This document shows positions 52,319 through 62,815 of a stretch of 64,000 nucleotides of DNA, one piece after another. The notes under the pieces are model-generated. The model saw only the letters and a list, made by a program, of their open reading frames with translations, made no database searches and was not told where the DNA came from. The stretch lies in the sequence record SRR22947725_2285. One strand, 5' to 3'. The first letter of the stretch is position 1, and every line of letters starts with the position of its first letter. Made by a program: the position numbers and the translations under genes.

Positions 52319-53196
52319 TTATTATTATCAGTTTCAAGAAAATTAGCTCTAAGATGCTCTAATGACTCCACTCCCCGGACAGCTTTTTTAGACTTTTTAT
52401 GCAAAAGAGTCATTGCCAATGCCTCACAAATTAGCATTGGACCAGAGCGAAGTTGCATTACTCCTTCTTTTGGTCGACTTACGCTTAAAACTATGTCTGG
52501 TTTTGGCCTAGCAGTCAAAATAGTTGAGTCGCCAATTGCGATTGAATGGGCACCAATACTTTTTGCACTTTCAATTAGAGATGAATAACCTGATGGAAGA
52601 GAGTTAATTGACTGAAAGCCAAAAATAACAATTGCATCACCTTTTTGAATTCCAATAAGTTGTTCAGCTAAATCCCTCCTTTGCAAGTTTAATGCAACAC
52701 GACACTGAATACCTGATCTTCTCAGACGACGTTCAAAGTGTGTCATCAATGGAGCAGCGCTTCCTCGTCCAACTATAAAAATACTTTTTGCTTTATATAT
52801 TTTGTTTACTACTTCGTCAATTTGATTCTGTGAAACTGTATTTGAAATGGCAGCAATTGCAGCAATTTCACTTTCAATGAGATCACTAAGATTTGAACCT
52901 TTTTCAATAAGATCAATTCGTTGCCTGATTTTATCTGATGAATTTTTTTTAAATTCAACATCCTGTCTTAATTTTTGACGCATATCTGGAAAACCATCAA
53001 ACCCAAGCTTCCTTGCAAGACGCACAACAGTTGATGCATGAACAGCAGCTTTAGATGCAAGTTCAGCGGAAGATAGATAGACTGCCTCTGAAGGCTCTCC
53101 AAGAATAATGCTGATCAATTCTTGATCAGCATCAGTTAGTTTTCCCTCAAACGAATTTATCAGCGATTCAAAGCTTTGTTGATATTCAGTATTCAT
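52315..53196 (-). CDS. MurR/RpiR family regulator (HTH + SIS)
   Basis: STVVRLARKLGF.GF..M and a SIS domain (I.IVG.G). ATGA overlap with the permease. Confidence 0.9.
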   Translation of the reverse strand: MNTEYQQSFESLINSFEGKLTDADQELISIILGEPSEAVYLSSAELASKAAVHASTVVRLARKLGFDGFPDMRQKLRQDVEFKKNSSDKIRQRIDLIEKGSNLSDLIESEIAAIAAISNTVSQNQIDEVVNKIYKAKSIFIVGRGSAAPLMTHFERRLRRSGIQCRVALNLQRRDLAEQLIGIQKGDAIVIFGFQSINSLPSGYSSLIESAKSIGAHSIAIGDSTILTARPKPDIVLSVSRPKEGVMQLRSGPMLICEALAMTLLHKKSKKAVRGVESLEHLRANFLETDNNK

Positions 53197-53215
53197 AGGG
53201 TAACTATTTTATTTT

Positions 53216-53285
53216 TGCAAAAATTATAGCACGATTTAAATTTATTGCAATAATTATTGCATAAATCTAAACTATATGGTATAAG
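53216..53285. promoter_or_regulatory. Two palindromic operators and divergent promoter
   Basis: TGCAATAATTATTGCA (53246-61, perfect) and TGCAAAAATTATAGCA (53216-31, 14/16). TTGCAT-17 nt-TATAAG promoter on the + strand. Confidence 0.7.
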
Positions 53286-53360
53286 AAAATTGTAAGTATA
53301 AAAAATATTAATAATTTGTAAATATCAAATTGTAAGTCAAACTTAAAAAGGAGAACAAAA

Positions 53361-54560
53361 ATGGAAAAAATGGCATCAATTAGTGTATTTGCTTTATCCT
53401 TAGGATTAGCATTTTCCTCTATTGGATCAGTTCAAGCTGATGAAGCGTGGCAAAAAAAAGCAGGTGTTGGAACTTATGCATCTGACAATCAAGACTGGAG
53501 TGCAATTGAAGCTGCTGCACGTGAAGAAGGCGAGGTAGTAATTTATTCAGTATCCTCACGTATTGCAAAATTAGTTGATGGATTTAAAGAGCGCTATGAT
53601 ATTGATATTATAGGATACGATATTCCCTCTGACCTTCAACTAGAAAAACTCTCGCGTGAGCATCGAGCAGGTGTTCATTCAGTAGATGTTTTGTTTAATT
53701 CAGAATCTTCGATTCTACTTAATGAAGCCCTACCAAAACAATTGGTTTGGAATTACATTCCAGAAAGTGTAGCCGGAGATTTGGAATCTGGCGAAATGAA
53801 TCCATTGTTGATTCAACGTCATTCTAGTCGAATCGTTTATTACAATACAGCTGTACATCCAGATGGAGCGCCACTAGACTCACTATGGGACATGACCCGT
53901 GATGAATGGAAGGGTCGCGTTCTTTTACCTAGCCCTCTTGAAGATAGCTTATCTGCTAATTTTATTCAAACAGTTTTAAATAACTCAGATGAAATGGCTG
54001 ATGCCTACAAAAGAGAATTTGGTGAAGAGATAACTTTTTCAGAGGATGTTATTGAAGCCGTAGAAGAAAACGCTACATTAGATTCCCCAACTGCTTCAAT
54101 GGAATGGCTCTATAGATTCTTAAATAATGAACCCGTATTTCAAGGATCTACAACAAAAATCTTTAAAAATGTTGGAGATGTTACTCAAGAGAAGCCACCA
54201 ATTGGAATCACTACATTTTCAAAACTTCGTAAAAACAAGGAAGGAGTATATTCTTCAGGCCCAGCCTATGATCTTGATCCAGCCTTTGGTGTAACTTATC
54301 CAACTGCGTTAGTGATAGCTGATATGGCACCACATCCAAATGCAGCTAAACTTTTAATCCGATATATGATGGAGGAAGATGGCTTTAAACCTTGGAACGA
54401 ACCAGGTGATTATGCTGCGCGTTCAAACCTTGAAGCTAAGCAATTAGTAAAATTTGATTTACCGGCATTTGGAGATCTTGGCCTATGGCCAGTAGATCCA
54501 GAGGAAATCTATTATTCAAAGTTTGGTTTCCTAGCACTTTATCTTACTTTAATGCCTTAA
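53361..54560 (+). CDS. ABC substrate-binding protein (Fe/thiamine/sugar-phosphate-like)
   Basis: Signal peptide, A.EEG.V.IYS, YN, W.G.V....P, APHPNAAKL...Y. Confidence 0.85.
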   Translation: MEKMASISVFALSLGLAFSSIGSVQADEAWQKKAGVGTYASDNQDWSAIEAAAREEGEVVIYSVSSRIAKLVDGFKERYDIDIIGYDIPSDLQLEKLSREHRAGVHSVDVLFNSESSILLNEALPKQLVWNYIPESVAGDLESGEMNPLLIQRHSSRIVYYNTAVHPDGAPLDSLWDMTRDEWKGRVLLPSPLEDSLSANFIQTVLNNSDEMADAYKREFGEEITFSEDVIEAVEENATLDSPTASMEWLYRFLNNEPVFQGSTTKIFKNVGDVTQEKPPIGITTFSKLRKNKEGVYSSGPAYDLDPAFGVTYPTALVIADMAPHPNAAKLLIRYMMEEDGFKPWNEPGDYAARSNLEAKQLVKFDLPAFGDLGLWPVDPEEIYYSKFGFLALYLTLMP

Positions 54561-54574
54561 AATACCACAACTTT

Positions 54575-54604
54575 CGCCTTGGTTATATTTTAGCCAAGGC
54601 GTTT
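54575..54604 (+). terminator. Stem-loop (terminator or mRNA stabiliser) after the binding protein gene
   Basis: CGCCTTGGTTA-TATTT-TAGCCAAGGCG-TTT. Confidence 0.7.
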
Positions 54605-54653
54605 CATATCTAGGTTTAATATTAAATTTATCTCAAATAAATAAGGAATTAAT

Positions 54654-55319
54654 GTGCTTTTAAAAACCATACTCTTTGATGCTGGTGATATTCTCTACAA
54701 CAAACCTAATCGTAAATCATCAGTCATTAAATTTCTTACTGAACGAGGCTATTCTGCTCCACTTGAAAATGATCCAGTAGAAAAGGCAAAACGACGAGAC
54801 GCGCATGCAGGGAGAATTGAAACAGAATCTTTTTTTGAATGGCTCATGGAACATTATGGTGTCACAAATTCATCAGATTTTGCTGATGGAATTAGCTTAC
54901 TGAAGAATCAACAGAGTGATGTTCATTTTTTTGAAGGTGTCCCTGAAACCCTTCACGAGTTAAAAAGTAGAGGATTTAAACTAGGGATTGTAACAAACAC
55001 ATTCAACTCCAGAACAGAAAAAAATACTTGGTTTAAATCTGTTGGAATTGGTGATATTTGGGATTCTTATGCTGATTCATTTGAACTTCAAATAACCAAG
55101 CCAGACCCTAGAATATATCTTGCAGCACTTGAACCTCTTAATGAAAGCCCAGAAAATGCTGCATTTGTTGGACATGCTAAAATTGAAATTGATGGTGCTA
55201 AAGCAATAGGATTGACTACAATTATCTTCAACCCAGATCCTGACTGCAAAGAGTCTGATTATCAAATTGAGAAATTTAAAGACCTATTAAAAATTCCACC
55301 AATTTTAAATTCAAAATAA
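54654..55319 (+). CDS. HAD-IA family hydrolase with atypical motifs
   Basis: FDAGDIL, IVTN, KPDP.IY, FVGH...E..GA. Confidence 0.82.
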   Translation: MLLKTILFDAGDILYNKPNRKSSVIKFLTERGYSAPLENDPVEKAKRRDAHAGRIETESFFEWLMEHYGVTNSSDFADGISLLKNQQSDVHFFEGVPETLHELKSRGFKLGIVTNTFNSRTEKNTWFKSVGIGDIWDSYADSFELQITKPDPRIYLAALEPLNESPENAAFVGHAKIEIDGAKAIGLTTIIFNPDPDCKESDYQIEKFKDLLKIPPILNSK

Positions 55320-55470
55320 AAGAAATATAAATTTAAAAACACTCTTAAATTTATGAAAACCTTGATCTAACAGTCTTAAACATTTCGAGAACTCTACAAA
55401 AGGAGAAATAATGCAGAGCTCTCAAGATGAATTAATAAAATTAAAGTACTTATTTATTGCACCTTAATAA

Positions 55471-57111
55471 TTAGCTGTTTTCCTTTAATCTAGTTTCTAA
55501 TATCTCACCAGATGCAAATAGAATTGGATAGGCTATCGATGATAAAAGGCTATTTATTCTTTTATAATCTCTTATCACATCAATATGCATTGAGCTAGTC
55601 TCAAGGCTATCAGTAACTCCCTTTCCAATTCGTTGAAGATGTTTTGAGACTGATTTAGTTTCCAGTTTATGAAGCTCTTGTTTTTTTCCATACAGAACTT
55701 TAGCTAACTCACAATCATTCGACATAAATGTACTAATAGCAAGATCATAATCAGAACATACTACCTCATGAATAGAAATAATCTCACTGAAACCTTCTTT
55801 AGAAAACTGTATATGTTTTGAAATTTTCTTTTTAGAAATGTCCATTAAACTATTATTGACAATATCACCTATATGCTCCATATTTGTTGTAAAGTTAAGA
55901 ATATTGAGTGCTTGTTGGCTTTCTTTTGGTGAAAGCTCTTCTTGTAATATTCGAGCAATATAAAGCTTTATAGAGTCAAAGAGATTATCAACAATATCCT
56001 CATTTTTGATAATTTCATTTCTTAATATTTCGTTATCATCTCTCATTACTGCAAGTGATGACACAACCATATTTTGGGAGACTTCTGCTATCCTAAGTGC
56101 TTGTCTCTTAGCATTCGCAAGAGAAACAGTAGGCATAGAAAAATCATCTGATTCTAAAAACTTTGAATCACTATTAGTATCATTAGTATTACTCTCTAGT
56201 TCAAGTTTAGAAGTAAAACCAAGAATCTGACGCGAAAATGCAATACCTATAACAGCAACTATCAGATTCAAAGTAAGGTGATAAAGCGCCGGAACTAGTT
56301 CCATTGAAGCAAAACTTAGGAAAAATTGAGCACATATCTCTACAAATGGATAAAAAATTATAATACAAAAAATTCTAACAAGTAAATTTGCAATTATTGG
56401 GGTCTTCTCGACTACAGAAGAATTCCAGCTTGAAATAAGAGGCAGCATACCACTTCCAAGGTTCGCGCCCAAAACAAGATAGAGTCCTTCATTTAACCCA
56501 ATAACACCCGTTGCTAAAAAACTAACTGACAATAACACGATTGCTAAACTTGAATAAGAAAGATAGGTCATTACAAGAGCCAAAAGAACAAAAAATATTG
56601 GCTGATTACTAAAAATCTCTAATAGTGACTTAAACTGCTCAAATTTAGAAAGTTCTCCTGCAGTATTTGATATCAATAATAGTGCAAATAAAATTAAACC
56701 TAAGCCACTCACTGCGCGAAAAACATTTTGCCACTTGTTCTCTTTTGAGCCTATAAAACCAAAAACACCAATAGCTAACAATAATGGAGCAACAGTCGTA
56801 AATTTCTGAGATGCAATGAGAACAGCAATTGAAGTCCCTACATCCGCTCCCAACATTGTTATAAATGCTGATCCAACTCCAATAAGATTTTGGCCAGCAA
56901 AAGATGCGGAAATTAAAATAGTAGCAGTACTGCTTTGGAGAAGAGCTGCAACTACTAAGCCCGAAAAAAATGCTGGAAAGATTTTTCCTTCTGATCGACG
57001 AGCAAAGCGCTTTAAATTAGTACCATAAGCACGCATTACGCCTGTACGAACCATTCTTAAACCCCATAAGAGTAGCGCTACTGAGCCTAAAAGTTCGATG
57101 AGTATAGTCAT
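55471..57111 (-). CDS. Na/Pi cotransporter family protein with PhoU domains (YjbB-like)
   Basis: LQSSTAT, LGADVGT, LGANLG, E.IGD, ETSS.H.D...D.KRIN. Confidence 0.9.
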   Translation of the reverse strand: MTILIELLGSVALLLWGLRMVRTGVMRAYGTNLKRFARRSEGKIFPAFFSGLVVAALLQSSTATILISASFAGQNLIGVGSAFITMLGADVGTSIAVLIASQKFTTVAPLLLAIGVFGFIGSKENKWQNVFRAVSGLGLILFALLLISNTAGELSKFEQFKSLLEIFSNQPIFFVLLALVMTYLSYSSLAIVLLSVSFLATGVIGLNEGLYLVLGANLGSGMLPLISSWNSSVVEKTPIIANLLVRIFCIIIFYPFVEICAQFFLSFASMELVPALYHLTLNLIVAVIGIAFSRQILGFTSKLELESNTNDTNSDSKFLESDDFSMPTVSLANAKRQALRIAEVSQNMVVSSLAVMRDDNEILRNEIIKNEDIVDNLFDSIKLYIARILQEELSPKESQQALNILNFTTNMEHIGDIVNNSLMDISKKKISKHIQFSKEGFSEIISIHEVVCSDYDLAISTFMSNDCELAKVLYGKKQELHKLETKSVSKHLQRIGKGVTDSLETSSMHIDVIRDYKRINSLLSSIAYPILFASGEILETRLKENS

Positions 57112-58670
57112 ACAGTCTCCACTATGTTATCTTGCTTAACAGAACTTTCAGAAGTTTTACTCAGCTTTTGGTATTTTTCTAAAAATTGATCTAGCTTTTG
57201 TCTTTCATTTTTTGTTAGAGACAGTCCAAGCTTTGACCTTCTAAATAAAATATCTTCAGAGGTTCTAGCCCACTCATTTTGGACCAGGTAGACGACCTCT
57301 TTTTCATAAAGACCTGAGCCAAAACTCTCACCAAGTGACTCTATATTTTTAGCACTAGCAAAAATATCAAACGAGACTGTCCCATATGACCTGACTAAGC
57401 GCTTGACAATCTCATCATTTAAGAAAGGATATTTTTCCTGAATCTTATTGTTAAGATCAAAAAGCCCATCGACATCAACATCCCCTCCTGGAAGATAAGA
57501 ATTATGAGTCCAAGGATTACCTCTTTGTCCAAGGAATGTTTCGATATGTTTAAGAATGGCCTCAGATAGGCGGCGGTAGGTCGTAATTTTACCCCCAAAA
57601 ATATTGATCATCAGTGATGAGTCATGCTCTTCAGCTTTAATGACATAATCACGAGTGGCTTCTTGTGCTTTGCTTGCTCCATCATCATAAAGAGGCCTGA
57701 CCCCTGAATAACTCCAAACAATATCTGATAGTTTGATTTCTGAATTTAAATATGTATTAGCTGAATCACAAATGTATTGTTTTTCTTCTTCACTTATCTC
57801 AACTTGACTAGCTGATCGACTATGATCAATATCTGTAGTTCCAATTAAAGTAAATTTATCTTCATAGGGAATCATAAAAAAGATTCGACCATCATCATTT
57901 TGACAGATAAAGGATTTGTCATGATCATAGAGCTTATTAACAACGATATGACTGCCCCTAACGAGACGAACATTTTTTGTATTTTTATTGCTAAAGGACT
58001 CTTGTAATACATTATCAACCCATGGTCCAGAGGCATTGATAAAACTTTTCGCTTTAATTGTATTCTGAGTATTATCTATTGAGTCAGTAGTGGTTATAAG
58101 CCAAATGCCATCAGACTTAGTGACTTTAGTTACCTTAGTGTAGTTTTGGAGTTTAGCGCCATTTTTGGCTGCATCAACAGCATTTAAGATAACCAGTCTT
58201 GAATCGTCAACCCAGCAATCAGAATACTCATAGCCAAACTTATATTTATTTTTAAGTGTACTTTCTAATAAACCAGTATTTAAATTGACTGAGCTTGTCC
58301 CTGGCAGTATTTTTCGAAACCCTAAGTGATCATATAAAGCAAGGCCTAATCTCAAAAGCCAGGCAGGCCTCATTCCTTTAGAGTGAGGCAAGACAAACCT
58401 CATCGGCCAAATGATATGGGGCGCCATTTTAAGAAGCACTTCACGCTCCTTTAGAGACTCTTGCACCAAGCGGAATTTATAGTGCTCTAGATATCTGAGG
58501 CCACCATGAATAAGTTTTGTTGAATTAGATGATGTGCCAGATGCAAAGTCATTCATTTCACATAGACAAACTGAATAACCTCGACCTGCTGCATCTCTTG
58601 CGACGCCAAGACCATTAATACCACCGCCAGCTACAAAAACATCATAAATTTTTTCACCTTCTTTGAGCAT
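57108..58670 (-). CDS. glpD: FAD-dependent glycerol-3-phosphate dehydrogenase
   Basis: GGGING.G.ARDAAGRG, STKLIHGGLRYLE, DDSRL, GVRPL.DDG, GGK.TTYR. Confidence 0.9.
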   Translation of the reverse strand: MLKEGEKIYDVFVAGGGINGLGVARDAAGRGYSVCLCEMNDFASGTSSNSTKLIHGGLRYLEHYKFRLVQESLKEREVLLKMAPHIIWPMRFVLPHSKGMRPAWLLRLGLALYDHLGFRKILPGTSSVNLNTGLLESTLKNKYKFGYEYSDCWVDDSRLVILNAVDAAKNGAKLQNYTKVTKVTKSDGIWLITTTDSIDNTQNTIKAKSFINASGPWVDNVLQESFSNKNTKNVRLVRGSHIVVNKLYDHDKSFICQNDDGRIFFMIPYEDKFTLIGTTDIDHSRSASQVEISEEEKQYICDSANTYLNSEIKLSDIVWSYSGVRPLYDDGASKAQEATRDYVIKAEEHDSSLMINIFGGKITTYRRLSEAILKHIETFLGQRGNPWTHNSYLPGGDVDVDGLFDLNNKIQEKYPFLNDEIVKRLVRSYGTVSFDIFASAKNIESLGESFGSGLYEKEVVYLVQNEWARTSEDILFRRSKLGLSLTKNERQKLDQFLEKYQKLSKTSESSVKQDNIVETV

Positions 58671-59465
58671 CTAGTTATCTTTTAATATGAGGTCTGCCAG
58701 TTCAACAAAGCCTTCACCTGAGTATTTTGAGGTTATATATTTTGGCGGGCTATCAATTTTATGCATCATATCTACAACATTAGCAACGCCAATCGAATTA
58801 TTGAAAAAACCAAACATCATAGAATCATTTGGAGAATCTCCAACAAACAAGGTTTTGCTCTGCATTTCTTCATCATTAAGACCAAAGCTTTCTTTTAGAA
58901 TTTTTAAGCTAGTTGTGAGTTTATTGTGCTCACCAATCCAGCAATTTACATGAATCGAGCTCACTTTTGCTGTAGCGCCATTATTCTCAGCAATATCAAC
59001 AATTTCATTGATTTTATCAATAGAGAGTTTCGGAACATCCTCAGCAAAATCAATAGCTAAATCTGTAACACGATAATCTTGATCAGATGCTACAGCGGTT
59101 CCTGAAACGCTACTGAGAACGGTGTCTTTAATTTGATGAAGAAGTTTAAAGTTAGACTTTCTTTCTAATTCGGTTTGACTGAAGACATTGTGCATTTTTT
59201 TATTCATATGATCATATTGGTAAAAAAAAGCACCGTTTTCTCCAACCACTCCATCGACTGGCCACATTCTTGCTATATGATCACACCAACCAGCACATCT
59301 TCCAGTAACAGGGATTACTTTATATCCCGAGAGGGATAATCGCTCCATAGCATTATAGGCATCGCTTTTCAATCTTCCCTCGGTGGTCAATGTGTCATCA
59401 ATGTCTGTAAGAATAAACTTTATATTGTCAAGTTGAGTCGAAGACATAGTTGATAGATTTTTCAT
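58671..59465 (-). CDS. HAD-IIB family phosphatase
   Basis: TDIDDTL, TGR, ENG, K, GDSPND. Confidence 0.85.
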   Translation of the reverse strand: MKNLSTMSSTQLDNIKFILTDIDDTLTTEGRLKSDAYNAMERLSLSGYKVIPVTGRCAGWCDHIARMWPVDGVVGENGAFFYQYDHMNKKMHNVFSQTELERKSNFKLLHQIKDTVLSSVSGTAVASDQDYRVTDLAIDFAEDVPKLSIDKINEIVDIAENNGATAKVSSIHVNCWIGEHNKLTTSLKILKESFGLNDEEMQSKTLFVGDSPNDSMMFGFFNNSIGVANVVDMMHKIDSPPKYITSKYSGEGFVELADLILKDN

Positions 59466-59517
59466 TTATTTACCTGAGAATTAAAATTTAATAATTTGCA
59501 TTGCAGCAATTATTTAA

Positions 59518-59656
59518 ATGAAAATAATTATTTTCATATGAACATATATATGAATATTTTAGCATAATTGTCATTTAAATATAGAAGAATATTCATTTGA
59601 TTAAAAAATATTGTTCATTTTTTATATTTTATGTTAGAATTGGCGTTCAAATGAAC
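59518..59656. promoter_or_regulatory. Array of ATGAA/TTCAT half-sites, putative GlpR-type operators
   Basis: 20-bp palindrome ATGAAAATAATTATTTTCAT (59518-37), GTTCAAATGAAC (59645-56), more half-sites at 59538, 59550, 59591 and 59613. Confidence 0.5.
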
Positions 59657-59671
59657 AATTTGGAGCTATAG

Positions 59672-60445
59672 ATGGATTTAACTGCTAGACAAGCAGAAAT
59701 TTCTGACCTACTTCGCCAAGAAGAATTTATTACTGTTGAAAGTCTTGCTGACCATTTTAGTGTCACAACTCAAACAGTCAGAAGGGACATTAACGTCCTT
59801 TGTGATTATGGGCAAGCAAAAAGAAAGCATGGAGGTGTAGAGCCTTTATCAACTGATGGTAATCTTGCTTATGGTACAAGACAGGTGCTTAATAGAGTAG
59901 CCAAAAGATCTATAGCAAAAGAAGTTGCCAATCAAATTCCAAATGGTAGCTCTATATCTCTTGGGATAGGCACTACCCCTGAGATGGTTGTGAGGGCACT
60001 TTTAAAACATAAAAACCTTAAGATTTATACTAACAACCTAATCATTGCTCAAACTGCAAGTACGAATTCCAGTTTTGAAGTATACAGCTCGGGTGGCAGA
60101 ATACGAAGTGGTGATTTTGATATGGTTGGAAGCCCTGTTGAAAACTTCTTTAATTCATATAAGACTGACTTTGGAATATTTGGCGTTGCTGGTGTTGATA
60201 ATGATGGTGTATTACTAGACTTCTCTGATGAAGAGGTTCAGATAAGAAGAGTTATCCTTGATAATTGTCGCGAAAGCCTTTTAGTTTTGGATCATGAAAA
60301 ATTTGGCCGAATTGCCCATGTGCGAGGAGGGCAGATTGAAGAGGTTACTAAAGTTTTTTGTGACCAGAACCCTCCCAATGAAATTATTCAAATAATAGAT
60401 GATTCAGAATCTCAATTAATAATTTGCGACAAGGAAGATGTATGA
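59672..60445 (+). CDS. glpR: DeoR/GlpR family repressor
   Basis: RQ..I, V..QTVRRDI, HGG, GTT, D..KFGR. Divergent from the glpD operon. Confidence 0.85.
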   Translation: MDLTARQAEISDLLRQEEFITVESLADHFSVTTQTVRRDINVLCDYGQAKRKHGGVEPLSTDGNLAYGTRQVLNRVAKRSIAKEVANQIPNGSSISLGIGTTPEMVVRALLKHKNLKIYTNNLIIAQTASTNSSFEVYSSGGRIRSGDFDMVGSPVENFFNSYKTDFGIFGVAGVDNDGVLLDFSDEEVQIRRVILDNCRESLLVLDHEKFGRIAHVRGGQIEEVTKVFCDQNPPNEIIQIIDDSESQLIICDKEDV

Positions 60446-61479
60446 GTGCAATTGAAGTAAAAAATCTATCCAAAAGCTGGGGTGATATTGATGCCGTCAA
60501 AAATGTTTCTTTTTCTGTCAAAGAAGAATCATTTACAGTTCTACTGGGTCCTTCAGGTTGCGGTAAGTCAACAATTCTGAAAATGCTATCGGGCCTAGAA
60601 AATGTGACCTCTGGAACAATTAAAATTGAAAACAAAGATGTTACTGAAGTTGAAGCCTCAAAAAGAGGAGTCTCTATGGTCTTTCAGTCCTACGCCCTAT
60701 TCCCTCACCTGAATGTCAAAGAAAACATACAGTTTGGTTTAAAAGTAAGAAAAGTGCCTCCTGCTGAACGTGAAAAGCGAGTCAATGAAGCAGCAAAGGT
60801 TGTTGGACTATCTGATTTACTTGATCGAAAACCAGCAAATTTATCAGGTGGTCAGCGTCAGCGTGTTGCTTTAGCTAGATCAATTGTATCGGATCAATCT
60901 GTTTGCCTAATGGACGAACCATTGTCAAACCTAGATTCAAAGTTACGAGCAGAAATGCGCGATGAAATTCGTGACCTTCAGAAAAGGTTAGGATTGACTG
61001 TTGTGTATGTGACACATGACCAAGTAGAAGCAATGTCTATGGCTGACCAAATAATACTTCTCAATTCTGGTGAAATTATTCAAAAAGGTGCCCCTGAGGA
61101 AATATATAACTATCCCAATAGCATTTTTAGTGCTCAATTCATTGGGCTTCCGCCTATGAATATTTTAAAACTCAAAGATCTTAATATTGCATCTCTTAGC
61201 AAAGAGAATCAAGAAAAAATTAAAGCCAGTAATAATTCTATTAATCTTGGAATAAGGCCCGAACACCTGGTTTTTTCCAAAAAAGGACTTCCTGTTGTTG
61301 TCAATGGAATTGACTACTTTGGGGGTGAGACTGTTTTTAAAGTAAGTCACTTAGATCAAGAGTTCTTTCTACGTGAACCAAGACAGCCAAAAATTAATCT
61401 GAATGACAAGCTAAATATTAGCTGGAGTCCGGATGATATGCATTTGTTTAAAAAAAATAATCAACGTATAACTTCGTAG
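60442..61479 (+). CDS. CUT1 ABC ATPase (UgpC-like)
   Basis: GPSGCGKS, LSGGQRQR, DEPLSNLD. ATG 60442 overlaps the glpR stop (ATGA). Confidence 0.9.
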   Translation: MSAIEVKNLSKSWGDIDAVKNVSFSVKEESFTVLLGPSGCGKSTILKMLSGLENVTSGTIKIENKDVTEVEASKRGVSMVFQSYALFPHLNVKENIQFGLKVRKVPPAEREKRVNEAAKVVGLSDLLDRKPANLSGGQRQRVALARSIVSDQSVCLMDEPLSNLDSKLRAEMRDEIRDLQKRLGLTVVYVTHDQVEAMSMADQIILLNSGEIIQKGAPEEIYNYPNSIFSAQFIGLPPMNILKLKDLNIASLSKENQEKIKASNNSINLGIRPEHLVFSKKGLPVVVNGIDYFGGETVFKVSHLDQEFFLREPRQPKINLNDKLNISWSPDDMHLFKKNNQRITS

Positions 61480-61537
61480 GTGCGTTGATAAATAGCAAAT
61501 GAAAAGAACTACGATTATATAAATGAGGAGAAAGTAA

Positions 61538-62815
61538 ATGAATAAGCTCTTAAAAAAAGTTTCGTATAGCTTGTCTGTTGCTCTTGGTATTTTAATGATA
61601 TCAAGTGCTGCAATAGCGAAAACGGAATTAACAATGTACTACCCCGTTGCTGTGGGTGGCGCATTAACGCAAACAGTTGATGCAATTGTTGCAGATTTTA
61701 TGTCAGAAAATCCTGACATTGAAGTAAATGCAATTTATTCAGGCAACTATGATGATACGAGAATAAAGGCACTTGCTGCACTTGAAAGTGGAAAGCCAGC
61801 ACAGTTGTCTGTTATGTTTTCAATTGATGTTCATGAATTACGTGAATTAGATGCAATCATACCGTTTGATGATGTTGTTTCAACAAGTGAAGAAAAAGCA
61901 TGGTTAAACTCTTTTTATCCATCACTAATGGAAAATGGAATTGCAGCAGGAAAGACCTGGGGTATTCCTTTCCAACGCTCAACTATTGTTATGTACTACA
62001 ACAAAGATGCATTTCGTGAAGCTGGTCTAGATCCTGAAACACCACCAGCAACTTGGGGTGGTCTTCTTGCGGCATCAAAAGCACTAACTAAAGATGACGG
62101 CTCTCAGTGGGGTCTTATGATTCCATCAACTGGCTATCCTTACTGGATGTTTGGTGCACTTGCAATGCAGAATGGTCAAACACTTATGACAAGTGGTGAT
62201 AAAACTAACTTTGATCATCCAGATGTTGTTGCAGCACTTGAACTTTGGAAGGCATTCGGAAGTGAACATAAAATCATGCCAGAGGGAACGATTGAATGGG
62301 GTACGCTTCGTCAAAACTTCTTAGAAGGCAAGACAGCTATGATGTGGCATTCAACTGGTAACTTAACTACAGTTAAAAAGAATGCTAACTTCGACTTTGG
62401 TGTTGCAATGCTTCCAGCAGGAAAGCGTCGCGGAACACCTACAGGTGGAGGAAACTTCTACATGTTCAAGGACACTACTGCAGAAGAACGTGAAGCGTCA
62501 ATGAAACTAATTAAGTTCATGACTGCTCCTGAAAATTCTGCCAAGTGGTCTGTAGCAACTGGCTACATGGGTGTTAGTCCTGATGCATATGAGACAGATA
62601 CTTTGAAATCATATGTTTCAGATTTTCCACCAGCGGCAGTTGCTCGTGATCAGCTAGCATATGCAACAGCTGAATTTTCAACATACCAAACGAGTCGAGT
62701 TAAAAAAGGATTGAATGATGCAATCCAAGCAGCACTCGTTGGAAGTAAATCTCCAAAAGAAGCTCTTTCAGAGGCGCAAGCCGCTGCAGAGCGTATTTTA
62801 AAACCTTACCGTTAA
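61538..62815 (+). CDS. CUT1 substrate-binding protein (UgpB-like)
   Basis: Signal peptide, G.YDD, PFQRST...YYNKD.F..AGLDP, W...TGY. Confidence 0.88.
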   Translation: MNKLLKKVSYSLSVALGILMISSAAIAKTELTMYYPVAVGGALTQTVDAIVADFMSENPDIEVNAIYSGNYDDTRIKALAALESGKPAQLSVMFSIDVHELRELDAIIPFDDVVSTSEEKAWLNSFYPSLMENGIAAGKTWGIPFQRSTIVMYYNKDAFREAGLDPETPPATWGGLLAASKALTKDDGSQWGLMIPSTGYPYWMFGALAMQNGQTLMTSGDKTNFDHPDVVAALELWKAFGSEHKIMPEGTIEWGTLRQNFLEGKTAMMWHSTGNLTTVKKNANFDFGVAMLPAGKRRGTPTGGGNFYMFKDTTAEEREASMKLIKFMTAPENSAKWSVATGYMGVSPDAYETDTLKSYVSDFPPAAVARDQLAYATAEFSTYQTSRVKKGLNDAIQAALVGSKSPKEALSEAQAAAERILKPYR

